DNA of 36,670 bases from a virus (taxonomy: Duplodnaviria > Caudoviricetes): positions 1 through 36,670 of IMG/VR virus record IMGVR_UViG_3300020045_001519; one strand, written 5' to 3'. The position numbers and the translations under genes are program-made. Of this stretch, positions 1-8,099 are shown piece after piece. The first letter of the stretch is position 1. The number at the start of each line of letters is the position of its first letter. The notes under the pieces are model-generated. The model was not told where the DNA came from. It saw nothing but the letters and a program-made list of their open reading frames with translations, and made no database searches.

Positions 1-1
1 T

Positions 2-196
2 TTAGATAAATATTCAATAGGGCAATCGGTAAAAGTTGCAATTAACATTCGAGGCAATTCTTATAATGAAAAATGGTATTGCTCATTAAATGGATGGAAA
101 ATTGAATTAAGTGGCGAAGCTACTGATCCAAATAATATTCAAGTTGTAGAAGCTGAGGTTGTCAATTTAGAACAACCAGACGATTTACCATTCTAA
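2..196 (+). CDS. 3' part of a DUF3127-like (SSB-like OB-fold) protein, truncated at the window start
   Basis: Hand translation LDKYSIGQSVKVAINIRGNSYNEKWYCSLNGWKIE...QPDDLPF*. It has the acidic DDLPF SSB-type tail and the DUF3127-like V-x-I-x-I-RG...W...L-x-GWKI pattern. Confidence 0.7.
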   Translation, partial: LDKYSIGQSVKVAINIRGNSYNEKWYCSLNGWKIELSGEATDPNNIQVVEAEVVNLEQPDDLPF

Positions 197-205
197 AACA
201 AAAAC

Positions 206-236
206 GCCCTAATTAATTTTAGGGCTAATGTTTTTT
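206..236 (+). terminator. Probable intrinsic terminator
   Basis: GCCCTAA/TTAGGGC stem (206-225) followed by a T-rich tract. Confidence 0.5.
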
Positions 237-252
237 ATATTTAAATTTTTTT

Positions 253-260
253 TATATTTG
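253..260 (+). promoter_or_regulatory. Bacteroidota sigma-A -7 promoter element (TAnnTTTG)
   Basis: TATATTTG upstream of the structured leader and initiator gene. Confidence 0.65.
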
Positions 261-264
261 TAAA

Positions 265-358
265 GTCGAAGCACTACCGACAGGAAAATATTTAGTCTAA
301 CGACTAATCGAGAAACCCTGAATGATAGTAGTGCATCATATCAGGGTTTTCTCATTTT
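265..358 (+). ncRNA. Structured leader RNA, copy 1 (three hairpins, 7-bp loop-loop pairing)
   Basis: H1 GTCG/CGAC with loop GCACTAC (271-277); H2 TTAGTC/GACTAA; H3 310-353 with loop GTAGTGC (328-334); T-tract follows. Confidence 0.6.
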
Positions 359-366
359 TAAAAGTT

Positions 367-951
367 ATGAAGCCAACAAAAAGAAAAGCGTTTAATTTCT
401 TAAGAAGTTATTTTGATGTATTTAATGAATTAAAAGATGACAAGGATAAATTGGATTTTTTAACTTCTATTATTAATAAACAATTTTTAAATGAGGATCC
501 AAAAGATTTATCATTTATTGTAAAACTATGTTATGAAAGTCAAAGACATAGTATAGAGTCTAGTGTAAAAGGTTGGTTAAGAGTTAATAACACTGATATT
601 TTAGGAGACCCTATGACTAACCCCCCGACTAACCCCTCGACCAACCATACAACTAACCCCAAAGAAGAAGAAGTAAAAGAGAAAGTAAAAGAGAAAGTAA
701 AAGAGAAAGTAAAAGAGAAAGTAAAAGAGAAAGTAAAAGATATACCCGCTTTTAATGATTTTTTAGAATACGCAAAAACAAAAAAGAAAAATGTTTGTGA
801 GGTAGCTTTAAAATTAAAATACGATTCTTGGATTGAAAATGATTGGAAAGATGGTAATGATAAAAAAATTACTAATTGGAAAACAAAAATTTTAAATACA
901 TTGCAATACATTCAAGAAAAAAAATCAACTAATAACGGAATGGTTTATTAA
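367..951 (+). CDS. Phage replication initiator-like protein (DUF6291-like N-terminus, repetitive linker, small C-terminal domain)
   Basis: Lies directly upstream of the primase-helicase. N-terminus KAFNFLRSYFD, internal iteron-like repeats, C-terminal WKDGNDKKITNWK. Start moved to ATG 367 because 322-366 lies in the hairpin leader. Confidence 0.65.
   Translation: MKPTKRKAFNFLRSYFDVFNELKDDKDKLDFLTSIINKQFLNEDPKDLSFIVKLCYESQRHSIESSVKGWLRVNNTDILGDPMTNPPTNPSTNHTTNPKEEEVKEKVKEKVKEKVKEKVKEKVKDIPAFNDFLEYAKTKKKNVCEVALKLKYDSWIENDWKDGNDKKITNWKTKILNTLQYIQEKKSTNNGMVY
615..660 (+). repeat. Four 12-bp-period iteron-like repeats (candidate origin inside the initiator gene)
   Basis: GACTAACCCCCC, GACTAACCCCTC, GACCAACCATAC, AACTAACCCC. 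Confidence 0.6.
671..740 (+). repeat. Perfect 12-bp tandem repeat AAGTAAAAGAGA, about 5.8 copies (encodes VKEK repeats)
   Basis: Read directly from the sequence. Confidence 0.95.
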
Positions 952-953
952 TT

Positions 954-2720
954 ATGGATTATAGAGATTTTAATATAGATATTCGTAGCAGCAAAACAAC
1001 TGGAGAAATACAATGTATTTGTCCTGAATGTAGTCATACGAGAAAAAAGAAAAACGACAAATGTTTGTCTGTTAATTTAGATAAGCAAACTTGGTTTTGT
1101 CATCATTGCCAATGGAAAGGAAATCTAAAAAATACTATTGAAAAAATAGAATACATTAAACCAGAATGGAAAAACAAAACTGATTTAGATAAAACTACCG
1201 TTCAATACTTTGAGGATAAAAGAAAAATTAATCAAAATACTTTAATTGATTTAAAAGTTACTGATAGTATTGAATTTATGCCTCAACTTAATACAGAATG
1301 TTTAAGTATTAATTTTAATTATTTTAGAAATTCCGAATTAGTAAATATTAAATATAGAGGCAAAAACAAATCTTTTAAATTGCACAAAGGATCTGAATTG
1401 ATATTTTATAACTTGGATGCAATAGCAAATCAAAAAGAAGTTATTATTTGTGAGGGCGAAATTGATGCGATGACTTTTCACCAATGCGGGTTTAAAAATG
1501 TAGTTTCAGTTCCAAACGGTGCAAATGCAGCTAATAACAATTTAATTTATTTAGACAATTGTATTGATAGCTTTGATACAATAGAAACTTTTTATTTAGC
1601 AACAGATAACGATATAAATGGCAGAAAATTACGAATTGATTTAGCTGAAAGATTTGGTATTGAAAAATGTAAATATATCGAATTTGACGAGTTTAAGGAT
1701 GCAAACGATTTATATATTCATAAAGGAGCTGCTGCAATAAAAGACGCTTTCATAAATGCAAAATTATTTCCTTTGGAGGGTGTTTTTACCATTGAGGATA
1801 TAGATTTTGAAATAAATGATATGTATCAAAACGGCTTGGATAATGGAGTTGGAATTGGTGACAAAGAATTTGATAAACATTTAAGATTTGCAAAAGGATA
1901 TATTACAACTATAACTGGAGTTCCTGGACACGGTAAGTCAGATTTTTTAGATCAAATTGCAATCAAATTAAATTTAGAACATAATTGGAAATTTGCTTTT
2001 TATAGTCCAGAGAATAAACCAACGCGTTTGCACTTTTCAAAATTAGCTAGAAAAATAGTTGGTAAAAAATGGTTTGGTGATGGTAGGCTCTCAATAAATG
2101 AAATGAATGATGTAAAAAATCATTTGAACGGAAAGTTTTGGTTTATTAAACCCGAAAAGGATTTTACGCTTGAATCAATTTTGAGTCACGTTAAAAAGTT
2201 AAAAGCTACTAACGGAGTTGATGCTTTTGTAATTGATGCTTGGAATAAATTAGAGCATAAATACGGACAAAGTGAAACTAAATATATTGGCGAAAGTTTG
2301 GATAAACTAGGAACGTTTTGCGAGGAAAATAATGTACACTGTTTTTTAGTTGCTCACCCAACAAAGATTTTAAAAAATAAAGATACCCAAATGTATGAAA
2401 TACCAAATCTTTATAATATTTCTGGATCTGCAAACTTTTACAACAAAACAGATAATGGTATTACAGTTTATAGAAACTTTCAAGAAGAAAAAACTGAGGT
2501 TTATATCCAAAAGGTAAAATTTTCACATTGGGGCGAAATTGGAAAAGTTGAGTTTAAGTACCATTTAGATAGTGGGAGGTATGTTCACGAATATGAAACT
2601 AAAATAAATAATTGGATTAGTAAGAATATTGAAACAAAAGAAGAACCTATAAAAGTATTAGGTAGTTTAACCGATGCTTTTGGAGATATGTATAATGAAA
2701 ACGATGACGTTTTATTTTAA
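954..2720 (+). CDS. Bifunctional primase-helicase (Twinkle / T7 gp4-like)
   Basis: Zn-binding CPEC...CHHC; TOPRIM CEGEID and ATDND; Walker A GVPGHGKS; Walker B FVID; LVAHP motif. Confidence 0.92.
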   Translation: MDYRDFNIDIRSSKTTGEIQCICPECSHTRKKKNDKCLSVNLDKQTWFCHHCQWKGNLKNTIEKIEYIKPEWKNKTDLDKTTVQYFEDKRKINQNTLIDLKVTDSIEFMPQLNTECLSINFNYFRNSELVNIKYRGKNKSFKLHKGSELIFYNLDAIANQKEVIICEGEIDAMTFHQCGFKNVVSVPNGANAANNNLIYLDNCIDSFDTIETFYLATDNDINGRKLRIDLAERFGIEKCKYIEFDEFKDANDLYIHKGAAAIKDAFINAKLFPLEGVFTIEDIDFEINDMYQNGLDNGVGIGDKEFDKHLRFAKGYITTITGVPGHGKSDFLDQIAIKLNLEHNWKFAFYSPENKPTRLHFSKLARKIVGKKWFGDGRLSINEMNDVKNHLNGKFWFIKPEKDFTLESILSHVKKLKATNGVDAFVIDAWNKLEHKYGQSETKYIGESLDKLGTFCEENNVHCFLVAHPTKILKNKDTQMYEIPNLYNISGSANFYNKTDNGITVYRNFQEEKTEVYIQKVKFSHWGEIGKVEFKYHLDSGRYVHEYETKINNWISKNIETKEEPIKVLGSLTDAFGDMYNENDDVLF

Positions 2721-2730
2721 ATTAAAAATT

Positions 2731-2892
2731 ATGACAAGACAACAAGCAGAAAACATTTTATATGAAATGTGGGAAAACGGAGAAATACCTAGCAATTTTA
2801 CAGAGGATCATTCAGAATATGAAACAGTTGTAAAATTTGTAATGGCTAATGGATATATTGACGCAGACGATATTTGGTATTCAAACCTATGA
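2731..2892 (+). CDS. Hypothetical protein
   Basis: ATG 2731 after an A-rich leader; ATGA overlap with the next gene. Confidence 0.6.
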   Translation: MTRQQAENILYEMWENGEIPSNFTEDHSEYETVVKFVMANGYIDADDIWYSNL

Positions 2893-3323
2893 AAATACAA
2901 ATCAGAACCAACGTAATTAACGGCAAGTTAAACCGAAATAGAAATCTTTTGATTGATGCAATACAATCGTTTGAAAACAAAGAAATAACGATTACAATTG
3001 AAAAAGCTAAAAAACAACGCTCAAATCAACAAAATCGTTTTTACTATGGTTGTATATTGCCAATCGTAAAAAACGCCTTAAAAGAAGCGGGACATATCTT
3101 AAACGATGAATCAGTACACGATTTAATAAAACTAAAATTCTTAAAAGAAACTTTGTTTATAAATGAGGCTACTGGCGAAGTTGTAGAGCGTATAAAATCA
3201 ACTACTGAATTAAGCACATCGCAGTTTATGGATTTTCTAGCTGAAATAAATAATTTTACGCAGGAATATTTTAACGTTACCTTGCCAAGCCCAAACGATG
3301 ATATTAAATTAAATTTTGATTGA
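2889..3323 (+). CDS. NinB/Orf-like recombination accessory protein
   Basis: RSNQQNRFYYG and KSTTELSTSQFMDFLAEI resemble NinB-like motifs; start moved to ATG 2889. Confidence 0.55.
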   Translation: MKIQIRTNVINGKLNRNRNLLIDAIQSFENKEITITIEKAKKQRSNQQNRFYYGCILPIVKNALKEAGHILNDESVHDLIKLKFLKETLFINEATGEVVERIKSTTELSTSQFMDFLAEINNFTQEYFNVTLPSPNDDIKLNFD

Positions 3324-3341
3324 TAATTATAATTTATTTTA

Positions 3342-3447
3342 TATATTTGTAAAAGCAATCTACTACTTGCGTTTAAGAAATTTAGTCTAACGACTAACGA
3401 CAAAGCCTTAAAGATGTGTAGTAGCTCTTTAGGGCTTTTGTCATTTT
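3342..3447 (+). ncRNA. Promoter (TATATTTG 3342-3349) plus structured leader RNA, copy 2
   Basis: H1 GCAA/TTGC with loop CTACTAC (3360-3366); H2 identical to copy 1; H3 3399-3442 with loop GTAGTAG (3418-3424). Confidence 0.6.
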
Positions 3448-3455
3448 AATTTATT

Positions 3456-3944
3456 ATGGAAATAGAAATTTGGAAAGATGTTCCTGAATATGAAGGTTTA
3501 TATCAGGTAAGTAATTTTGGAAACGTTAAGAGTTATAAATCAGGATTAGAAAAGATATTAAGTCCTTCTAAAGATTCTTGGGGTTATTTACAATTAGGTT
3601 TAATAAAAAATTTAACTAGAAAAACATTTAAGGTTCATAAATTAGTAGCTATGGCTTTTTTAAATCATAAACCATGTGGTTTAAAATTACAAGTTGATCA
3701 TATAAATAAAAATATATTAGATAATAATGTAAAAAATTTACAAATTTTAACAGCTAGAGAACATAAACATAAAGATTGTAAAAAAGGATCAAGTAAATAC
3801 ATTGGTGTTTCATTTGATAAATCAAGAAATAAATGGCATTCTCAAATTACTATAAATGGTAAAAATAATAATTTAGGTAGATTTAAAAATGAATATGATG
3901 CACATTTAGCATATCAAAATAAATTAAAAGAAATAGAAAAATGA
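3456..3944 (+). CDS. NUMOD4-HNH-AP2 homing endonuclease
   Basis: EIWKDVPEYEGLYQVSNFGNVKS (NUMOD4); VHKLVA...VDHINKNILDNNVKNL (HNH); SKYIGVSF...W...LGRF (AP2-like). Confidence 0.88.
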   Translation: MEIEIWKDVPEYEGLYQVSNFGNVKSYKSGLEKILSPSKDSWGYLQLGLIKNLTRKTFKVHKLVAMAFLNHKPCGLKLQVDHINKNILDNNVKNLQILTAREHKHKDCKKGSSKYIGVSFDKSRNKWHSQITINGKNNNLGRFKNEYDAHLAYQNKLKEIEK

Positions 3945-4366
3945 ATAGATTGTATATAGGTATTGATTGTGATGTACATAAAAATGGCGTCGGGTTTTGG
4001 TACAAGGAAAGCAAAAAACTAGAACTTGAAAACCTTACTTTTTTTGAGTTATTCGATGCAATAAAACAATTAAAAATACGTTATAATATTAGTGTTATTA
4101 TTGATGCGGGTTGGTTAAACAAATCAAACTTTCACGTTGTAGGAACTAACAAAAACGTTAACGGTAAAATTGGCGAGCGTGTTGGAGCAAATCACGAAAC
4201 AGGAAAGAAAATAGTTGAAATGTGCGAATATTTAGGAATTGAATATCAATTGCACCGCCCGACAAAATCAAAGGTTAATAAAGAAGTATTTGAGAAAATA
4301 ACAGGGTATAAAGGTAGAACCAACCAGGAAACACGTGACGCTGGTTTATTAGTATTTGGATTATGA
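3941..4366 (+). CDS. RNase H-fold nuclease, RuvC-like Holliday junction resolvase candidate
   Basis: N-terminal YIGIDCD and C-terminal ETRDA acidic motifs. Confidence 0.55.
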   Translation: MNRLYIGIDCDVHKNGVGFWYKESKKLELENLTFFELFDAIKQLKIRYNISVIIDAGWLNKSNFHVVGTNKNVNGKIGERVGANHETGKKIVEMCEYLGIEYQLHRPTKSKVNKEVFEKITGYKGRTNQETRDAGLLVFGL

Positions 4367-4599
4367 AAAACTATATCAAAATAAAAGACGTTAAAATATA
4401 CCTAGACGATCGTATTCAAACATCGCCTCTAGGACGTGATTTTAGACTAAGTTCAATACAAAAGGATTTACAATCTCCGAGTAAATGGTTAGGAGGTATT
4501 GAGTGCTGGTGCTGGATTTATCGTTTTAGATACTTAGATACTGACGGTTTTTTCTCCTTTTACTTCGATTATAATAACAAATTTTTATATAAATTATGA
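4363..4599 (+). CDS. Hypothetical protein
   Basis: ORF coupled by ATGA overlaps on both sides. Confidence 0.6.
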   Translation: MKNYIKIKDVKIYLDDRIQTSPLGRDFRLSSIQKDLQSPSKWLGGIECWCWIYRFRYLDTDGFFSFYFDYNNKFLYKL

Positions 4600-5126
4600 A
4601 AAATAATATTTTATTCTCAAGAGTTTGGGAAATGCCAAATTCAAATACTTTTAAAATAAAATGTATTAATAAATTAATTCATAAATATTTAAAAGACGGA
4701 ATGATTAGTATTGATCCATTTGCAAACACTTCAAAGCTAGCAAAAATCACAAACGATTTAAATTCAGAATATAAAACTGATTATAATTTAGATGCTGTTG
4801 ATTTCTTAAAACAATTTGAAAATAATTCTGTTGATTTTGTTTTTTACGACCCACCTTATTCACTTAGACAAGTTAGCGAATGTTACAAAAATGTAGGTGT
4901 TGAGGTTACAATGGAAACGACTCAAAGCAGCTGGAGATCAAAACATATAAATGAAATATCTAGAATATTAAAACCAAACGGTATAGTTATGTGTTTTGGA
5001 TGGAATAGCTCAGGAGTAGGAAAAAAAAGAGATACAGAATTAATTGAAATATTAATGGTTGCACACGGTGGTAGCCATAATGATACAATTTGCACCGTAG
5101 AAAAGAAAATATTAACTTTATTTTAA
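4596..5126 (+). CDS. Small adenine-specific DNA methyltransferase
   Basis: IDPFAN (motif I-like) and catalytic DPPY; SRILKPNG. Confidence 0.8.
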   Translation: MKNNILFSRVWEMPNSNTFKIKCINKLIHKYLKDGMISIDPFANTSKLAKITNDLNSEYKTDYNLDAVDFLKQFENNSVDFVFYDPPYSLRQVSECYKNVGVEVTMETTQSSWRSKHINEISRILKPNGIVMCFGWNSSGVGKKRDTELIEILMVAHGGSHNDTICTVEKKILTLF

Positions 5127-5150
5127 TAAAATAATTAAATTATACTAAAA

Positions 5151-5858
5151 ATGAAAAACATACACGTATTACCAACAGAGAAACCAAGTAATTTATTTAA
5201 AGACATAAAAAATAAATTAATGTTCAAAAAAGATTGGATAGAAATACCTATTGGTAGAGTTAACCAAAACATATACATCAATTCTGATAAAGAAATTAAA
5301 GGAGGAGATTACTATTATGATTATTTTATAAAACAAATAGGTATAGCTAACAATAAACCTATTGGAAATGATTGTAAAAAAATCATCCTAACAACAGACC
5401 AAGACTTAATAAAAGATGGTGTACAAGCTATTAATGATGAGTTACTTGAATGGTTTGTTAAGAATCCGAGTTGTGAGTTTGTTGAAGTGAGAGAAGAAGA
5501 AGTTTTTGTAGGTTTTATAGATGGAAATGGAAAGAAACCAATTTATGATGACGAATACAAAATCATCATTCCAAAAGAAGAACCTATTAGAAAAATAGAT
5601 ACTTGTTATAATTTTTGTAAAGAAATTGGTTGTGTACAAGATATTTGTAGATGCGAAGAAGAAGAATATAATAAACAATTACAAAAAAAACAATCTAAAA
5701 TAATATACTCTGAACAAGAAGTTAAAAATATGCTTTTTGACTTTGCAGATATAATTTATAATAATTTTCAAAATAGGAGTATTTATGATTTTGAATTAAG
5801 ATATTTAGAAAAAGATATTTTAAGAGAATATAGAGAAATGAGAGACTTTGATTTATAA
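5151..5858 (+). CDS. Hypothetical modular phage protein
   Basis: Long ORF; carries a YSEQEV module related to the YSEEDM module of the early ORFs. Confidence 0.7.
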   Translation: MKNIHVLPTEKPSNLFKDIKNKLMFKKDWIEIPIGRVNQNIYINSDKEIKGGDYYYDYFIKQIGIANNKPIGNDCKKIILTTDQDLIKDGVQAINDELLEWFVKNPSCEFVEVREEEVFVGFIDGNGKKPIYDDEYKIIIPKEEPIRKIDTCYNFCKEIGCVQDICRCEEEEYNKQLQKKQSKIIYSEQEVKNMLFDFADIIYNNFQNRSIYDFELRYLEKDILREYREMRDFDL

Positions 5859-5885
5859 AAATAAATAATATTAAAATTATATAAA

Positions 5886-6287
5886 ATGGAAGCAAAACAA
5901 ACAGCAGTTGAATGGTTAATAGAACAATTCAGTTCAAAAGAATTTATGTATAAAGATAGAACAAATATTATTGAACAAGCTAAAGAAATAGAAAAAAATA
6001 ATAAAACAAAATTTAAAATAAAAGTATTTAAAAATGATGAAATTGATGCTTTTGGAGCTTATGCTAGTCCATCAATTAAAAAAAATGATTTTGGAATAGT
6101 TTTATTTAATGTTGAAGCAAACTTAATAACTAGTTTAGAAGAAGATATAACTTTTAAAGAAATGTTTATAGAAACAATAATGCATGAGGTTGGTCATGCT
6201 TTAGAGGAATTTTATGATTTAGAATTTAATGAAGAAAGAATAGATAATATAATAGATAGTTATAGAAATAAATATATAAAACAATGA
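5886..6287 (+). CDS. Protein with HExxH zincin-like motif fused to a KQTAVEWL N-terminal module
   Basis: TIMHEVGHALEE. Confidence 0.55.
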   Translation: MEAKQTAVEWLIEQFSSKEFMYKDRTNIIEQAKEIEKNNKTKFKIKVFKNDEIDAFGAYASPSIKKNDFGIVLFNVEANLITSLEEDITFKEMFIETIMHEVGHALEEFYDLEFNEERIDNIIDSYRNKYIKQ

Positions 6288-6472
6288 AACAACAACTTGA
6301 AAACCAACTCCAGGCGCTATTAGACAAAAGAGAAAAACTTTATAGAAAAGCCTTAAATGATGAGATTTTGAATGATAAAATTAGAGAAGTACAACTATTA
6401 ATTAAAATACAGAAAGATGACACTAATACAAAAATTAAGAACGGTAGTAGTAATGCAATTAAGAAGTGGTAG
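6284..6472 (+). CDS. Hypothetical coiled-coil protein
   Basis: ATGA overlap with the upstream gene. Confidence 0.5.
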   Translation: MKQQLENQLQALLDKREKLYRKALNDEILNDKIREVQLLIKIQKDDTNTKIKNGSSNAIKKW

Positions 6473-6653
6473 AGACGAATCAAGAGATTTAGAAAAAATA
6501 GCAGACGATTACGCTATTGAGTTTGCAGAGTGGTTATCAATGTTTACTCAAGAATTTGAAGACGGAGATTTAAGGTTTTGGAATAAGGATAAATGGGAAC
6601 TAAAATCAATGAAAGAACTATTAGAAATATACAAAAAAGAAAAAATGTTATAA
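6417..6653 (+). CDS. Hypothetical protein
   Basis: ORF track; TAATG coupling to the next gene. Confidence 0.6.
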   Translation: MTLIQKLRTVVVMQLRSGRDESRDLEKIADDYAIEFAEWLSMFTQEFEDGDLRFWNKDKWELKSMKELLEIYKKEKML

Positions 6654-7033
6654 TGAAAAAAATATCAAATCTATACGTTGCTGAGGTACTTCGCAATAAA
6701 AAGCTATTTAATCACCATTTAAACTTTAAGAAGTTAAAAGATTGGAGTAAGGGGGATTTTTTAGAGTTTGATGAGATAGTAAACGGAGAACGTCCTAAAA
6801 GAGTATTTGATAGGATTACATCGCCAAAAAAACATTATCCTTACAAGCCAGTAGATCCAGCAATTAAAAAAGTACCCAATCAAAAAAATGTTATACGCTT
6901 TGAAGATGGGAAAATATATCGAACTTTAAAAGAGTGCGCTATTGAAAACGGGCTATCTCAATGGACTTTGTCTCGAGCTTTATGTGGAAAATCCACGTAT
7001 GAAAATATGCATATTCGATTTAGTTTTATTTAG
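6653..7033 (+). CDS. Protein with C-terminal NUMOD1/HTH-like DNA-binding domain
   Basis: VIRFEDGKIYRTLKECAIENGLSQWTLSRAL; start moved to ATG 6653. Confidence 0.55.
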   Translation: MKKISNLYVAEVLRNKKLFNHHLNFKKLKDWSKGDFLEFDEIVNGERPKRVFDRITSPKKHYPYKPVDPAIKKVPNQKNVIRFEDGKIYRTLKECAIENGLSQWTLSRALCGKSTYENMHIRFSFI

Positions 7034-7088
7034 AATTAATATAAATAACGAAAACATTTGCGTATTTAAAAAAGTCAATATATATTTG
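7028..7088 (+). promoter_or_regulatory. Fur-box-like palindrome plus full Bacteroidota promoter (-33 TTTG 7057-7060, -7 TATATTTG 7081-7088)
   Basis: ATTTAGAATTAATATAAAT (7028-7046); near-identical block at 32050-32093. Confidence 0.6.
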
Positions 7089-7232
7089 TCAAATAAAACG
7101 ATGGGGGTCGTTCAAAGATTAAAACGTTCTTATAATAAAAAATTTACTTAAACAATTTTTTGGGAATACTTTTTAAACTTGGGTTTCTGTTAATCTTTAC
7201 CAAGTTATTTTTAAACTTTAAATTAAATGTTG

Positions 7233-7327
7233 TATATTTGTATTAGTAGAGTCGTCGCTACAAATAAAAATTTTATACAAATTCCAGCATTGATAAAGAC
7301 GACGACCTTTTGATATGCTGGTTTTTT
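7233..7327 (+). ncRNA. Promoter (TATATTTG 7233-7240) plus structured leader RNA, copy 3
   Basis: H1 GTAG/CTAC with loop GTCGTCG (7251-7257); 3' hairpin CCAGCAT/ATGCTGG with loop CGACGAC (7300-7306), then T6. Confidence 0.6.
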
Positions 7328-7331
7328 ATTT

Positions 7332-7835
7332 ATGGAATGGAAAGCAGTTTTATTTAATGGTTTAGAAACTAATGTTGAAGTTACTAAATGTGGTCGAGTT
7401 AGAAAAGTAAAAGTTAATTGGATTAATTGCAAAACAAACATAGGAGAGTTTGATTTTAATAAATTAAAATTACATAAAAATGGATATAAACAAATTAATG
7501 CAAAAATTAAAAATTATAAACATAAAAGTTTTTTTGTTCACCAATTAGTAGCAGCTGCATTTTTAGATTATAAATTTCAAGGTCATAAAATGGTTGTTGA
7601 TCATATAGACTCAAATAAATTAAATAATCATATTGATAATTTAAGAGTTATTACACATAGAGAAAATACATCTAAAGAAAGAAGTATTAAAAAAGGACTA
7701 CCTGTTGGCGTTAGTTTTGATAGAAATAAATATAAATCAAGAATTATTATAAATAATAAACTAATTCATTTGGGTTTATTTAAAACAATAGAAGAGGCAT
7801 CTTATGCATATCAAGAAAAATTAAAAACAATTTAA
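7332..7835 (+). CDS. HNH homing endonuclease (NUMOD4-like, HNH, AP2-like)
   Basis: VHQLVAAAFL...VVDHIDSNKLNNHIDNLRVITHREN; GVSF...IHLGLFKTIEEASYAY. Confidence 0.85.
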   Translation: MEWKAVLFNGLETNVEVTKCGRVRKVKVNWINCKTNIGEFDFNKLKLHKNGYKQINAKIKNYKHKSFFVHQLVAAAFLDYKFQGHKMVVDHIDSNKLNNHIDNLRVITHRENTSKERSIKKGLPVGVSFDRNKYKSRIIINNKLIHLGLFKTIEEASYAYQEKLKTI

Positions 7836-7844
7836 ATTAAAATT

Positions 7845-7934
7845 ATGAAACTATTTATTAAATTTTATGACTTTATGTCAAACGTACTTTACGGAGGAAA
7901 ATCAGTTTGTGATCCATCTTTTAAAATGTTCTAG
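7845..7934 (+). CDS. 29-aa micro-peptide MKLFIKFYDFMSNVLYGGKSVCDPSFKMF
   Basis: Hand translation; clear paralogue of 32661-32744. Confidence 0.65.
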   Translation: MKLFIKFYDFMSNVLYGGKSVCDPSFKMF

Positions 7935-7935
7935 T

Positions 7936-8085
7936 ATGAAACGAGTTTACGACCTATCATTTACAAAAGATAATCGCTTTGTAATTTACCAAGGTTATAG
8001 TATCTTTGGCATCTTATTTAACAAAAAACGTATTGCCACATTTAGCAATATTGATGACGCAGTAAAATATTTAAAACAATTATAA
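7936..8085 (+). CDS. Hypothetical protein (49 aa)
   Basis: 3' part of track ORF 7867-8085; ATG 7936 follows the micro-peptide stop. Confidence 0.55.
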   Translation: MKRVYDLSFTKDNRFVIYQGYSIFGILFNKKRIATFSNIDDAVKYLKQL

Positions 8086-8099
8086 AAACCCAAATCAAA

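Noticed and set aside
671-740. CRISPR array
   Set aside because: Head-to-tail 12-bp repeats without spacers inside a coding region; no cas genes
4596-5126. Restriction-modification system
   Set aside because: Orphan methylase with no recognisable cognate restriction endonuclease; common in phages
6942-7151. 69-aa ORF
   Set aside because: It overlaps the upstream gene and runs through the promoter block; only the last 16 codons could be a real mini-ORF
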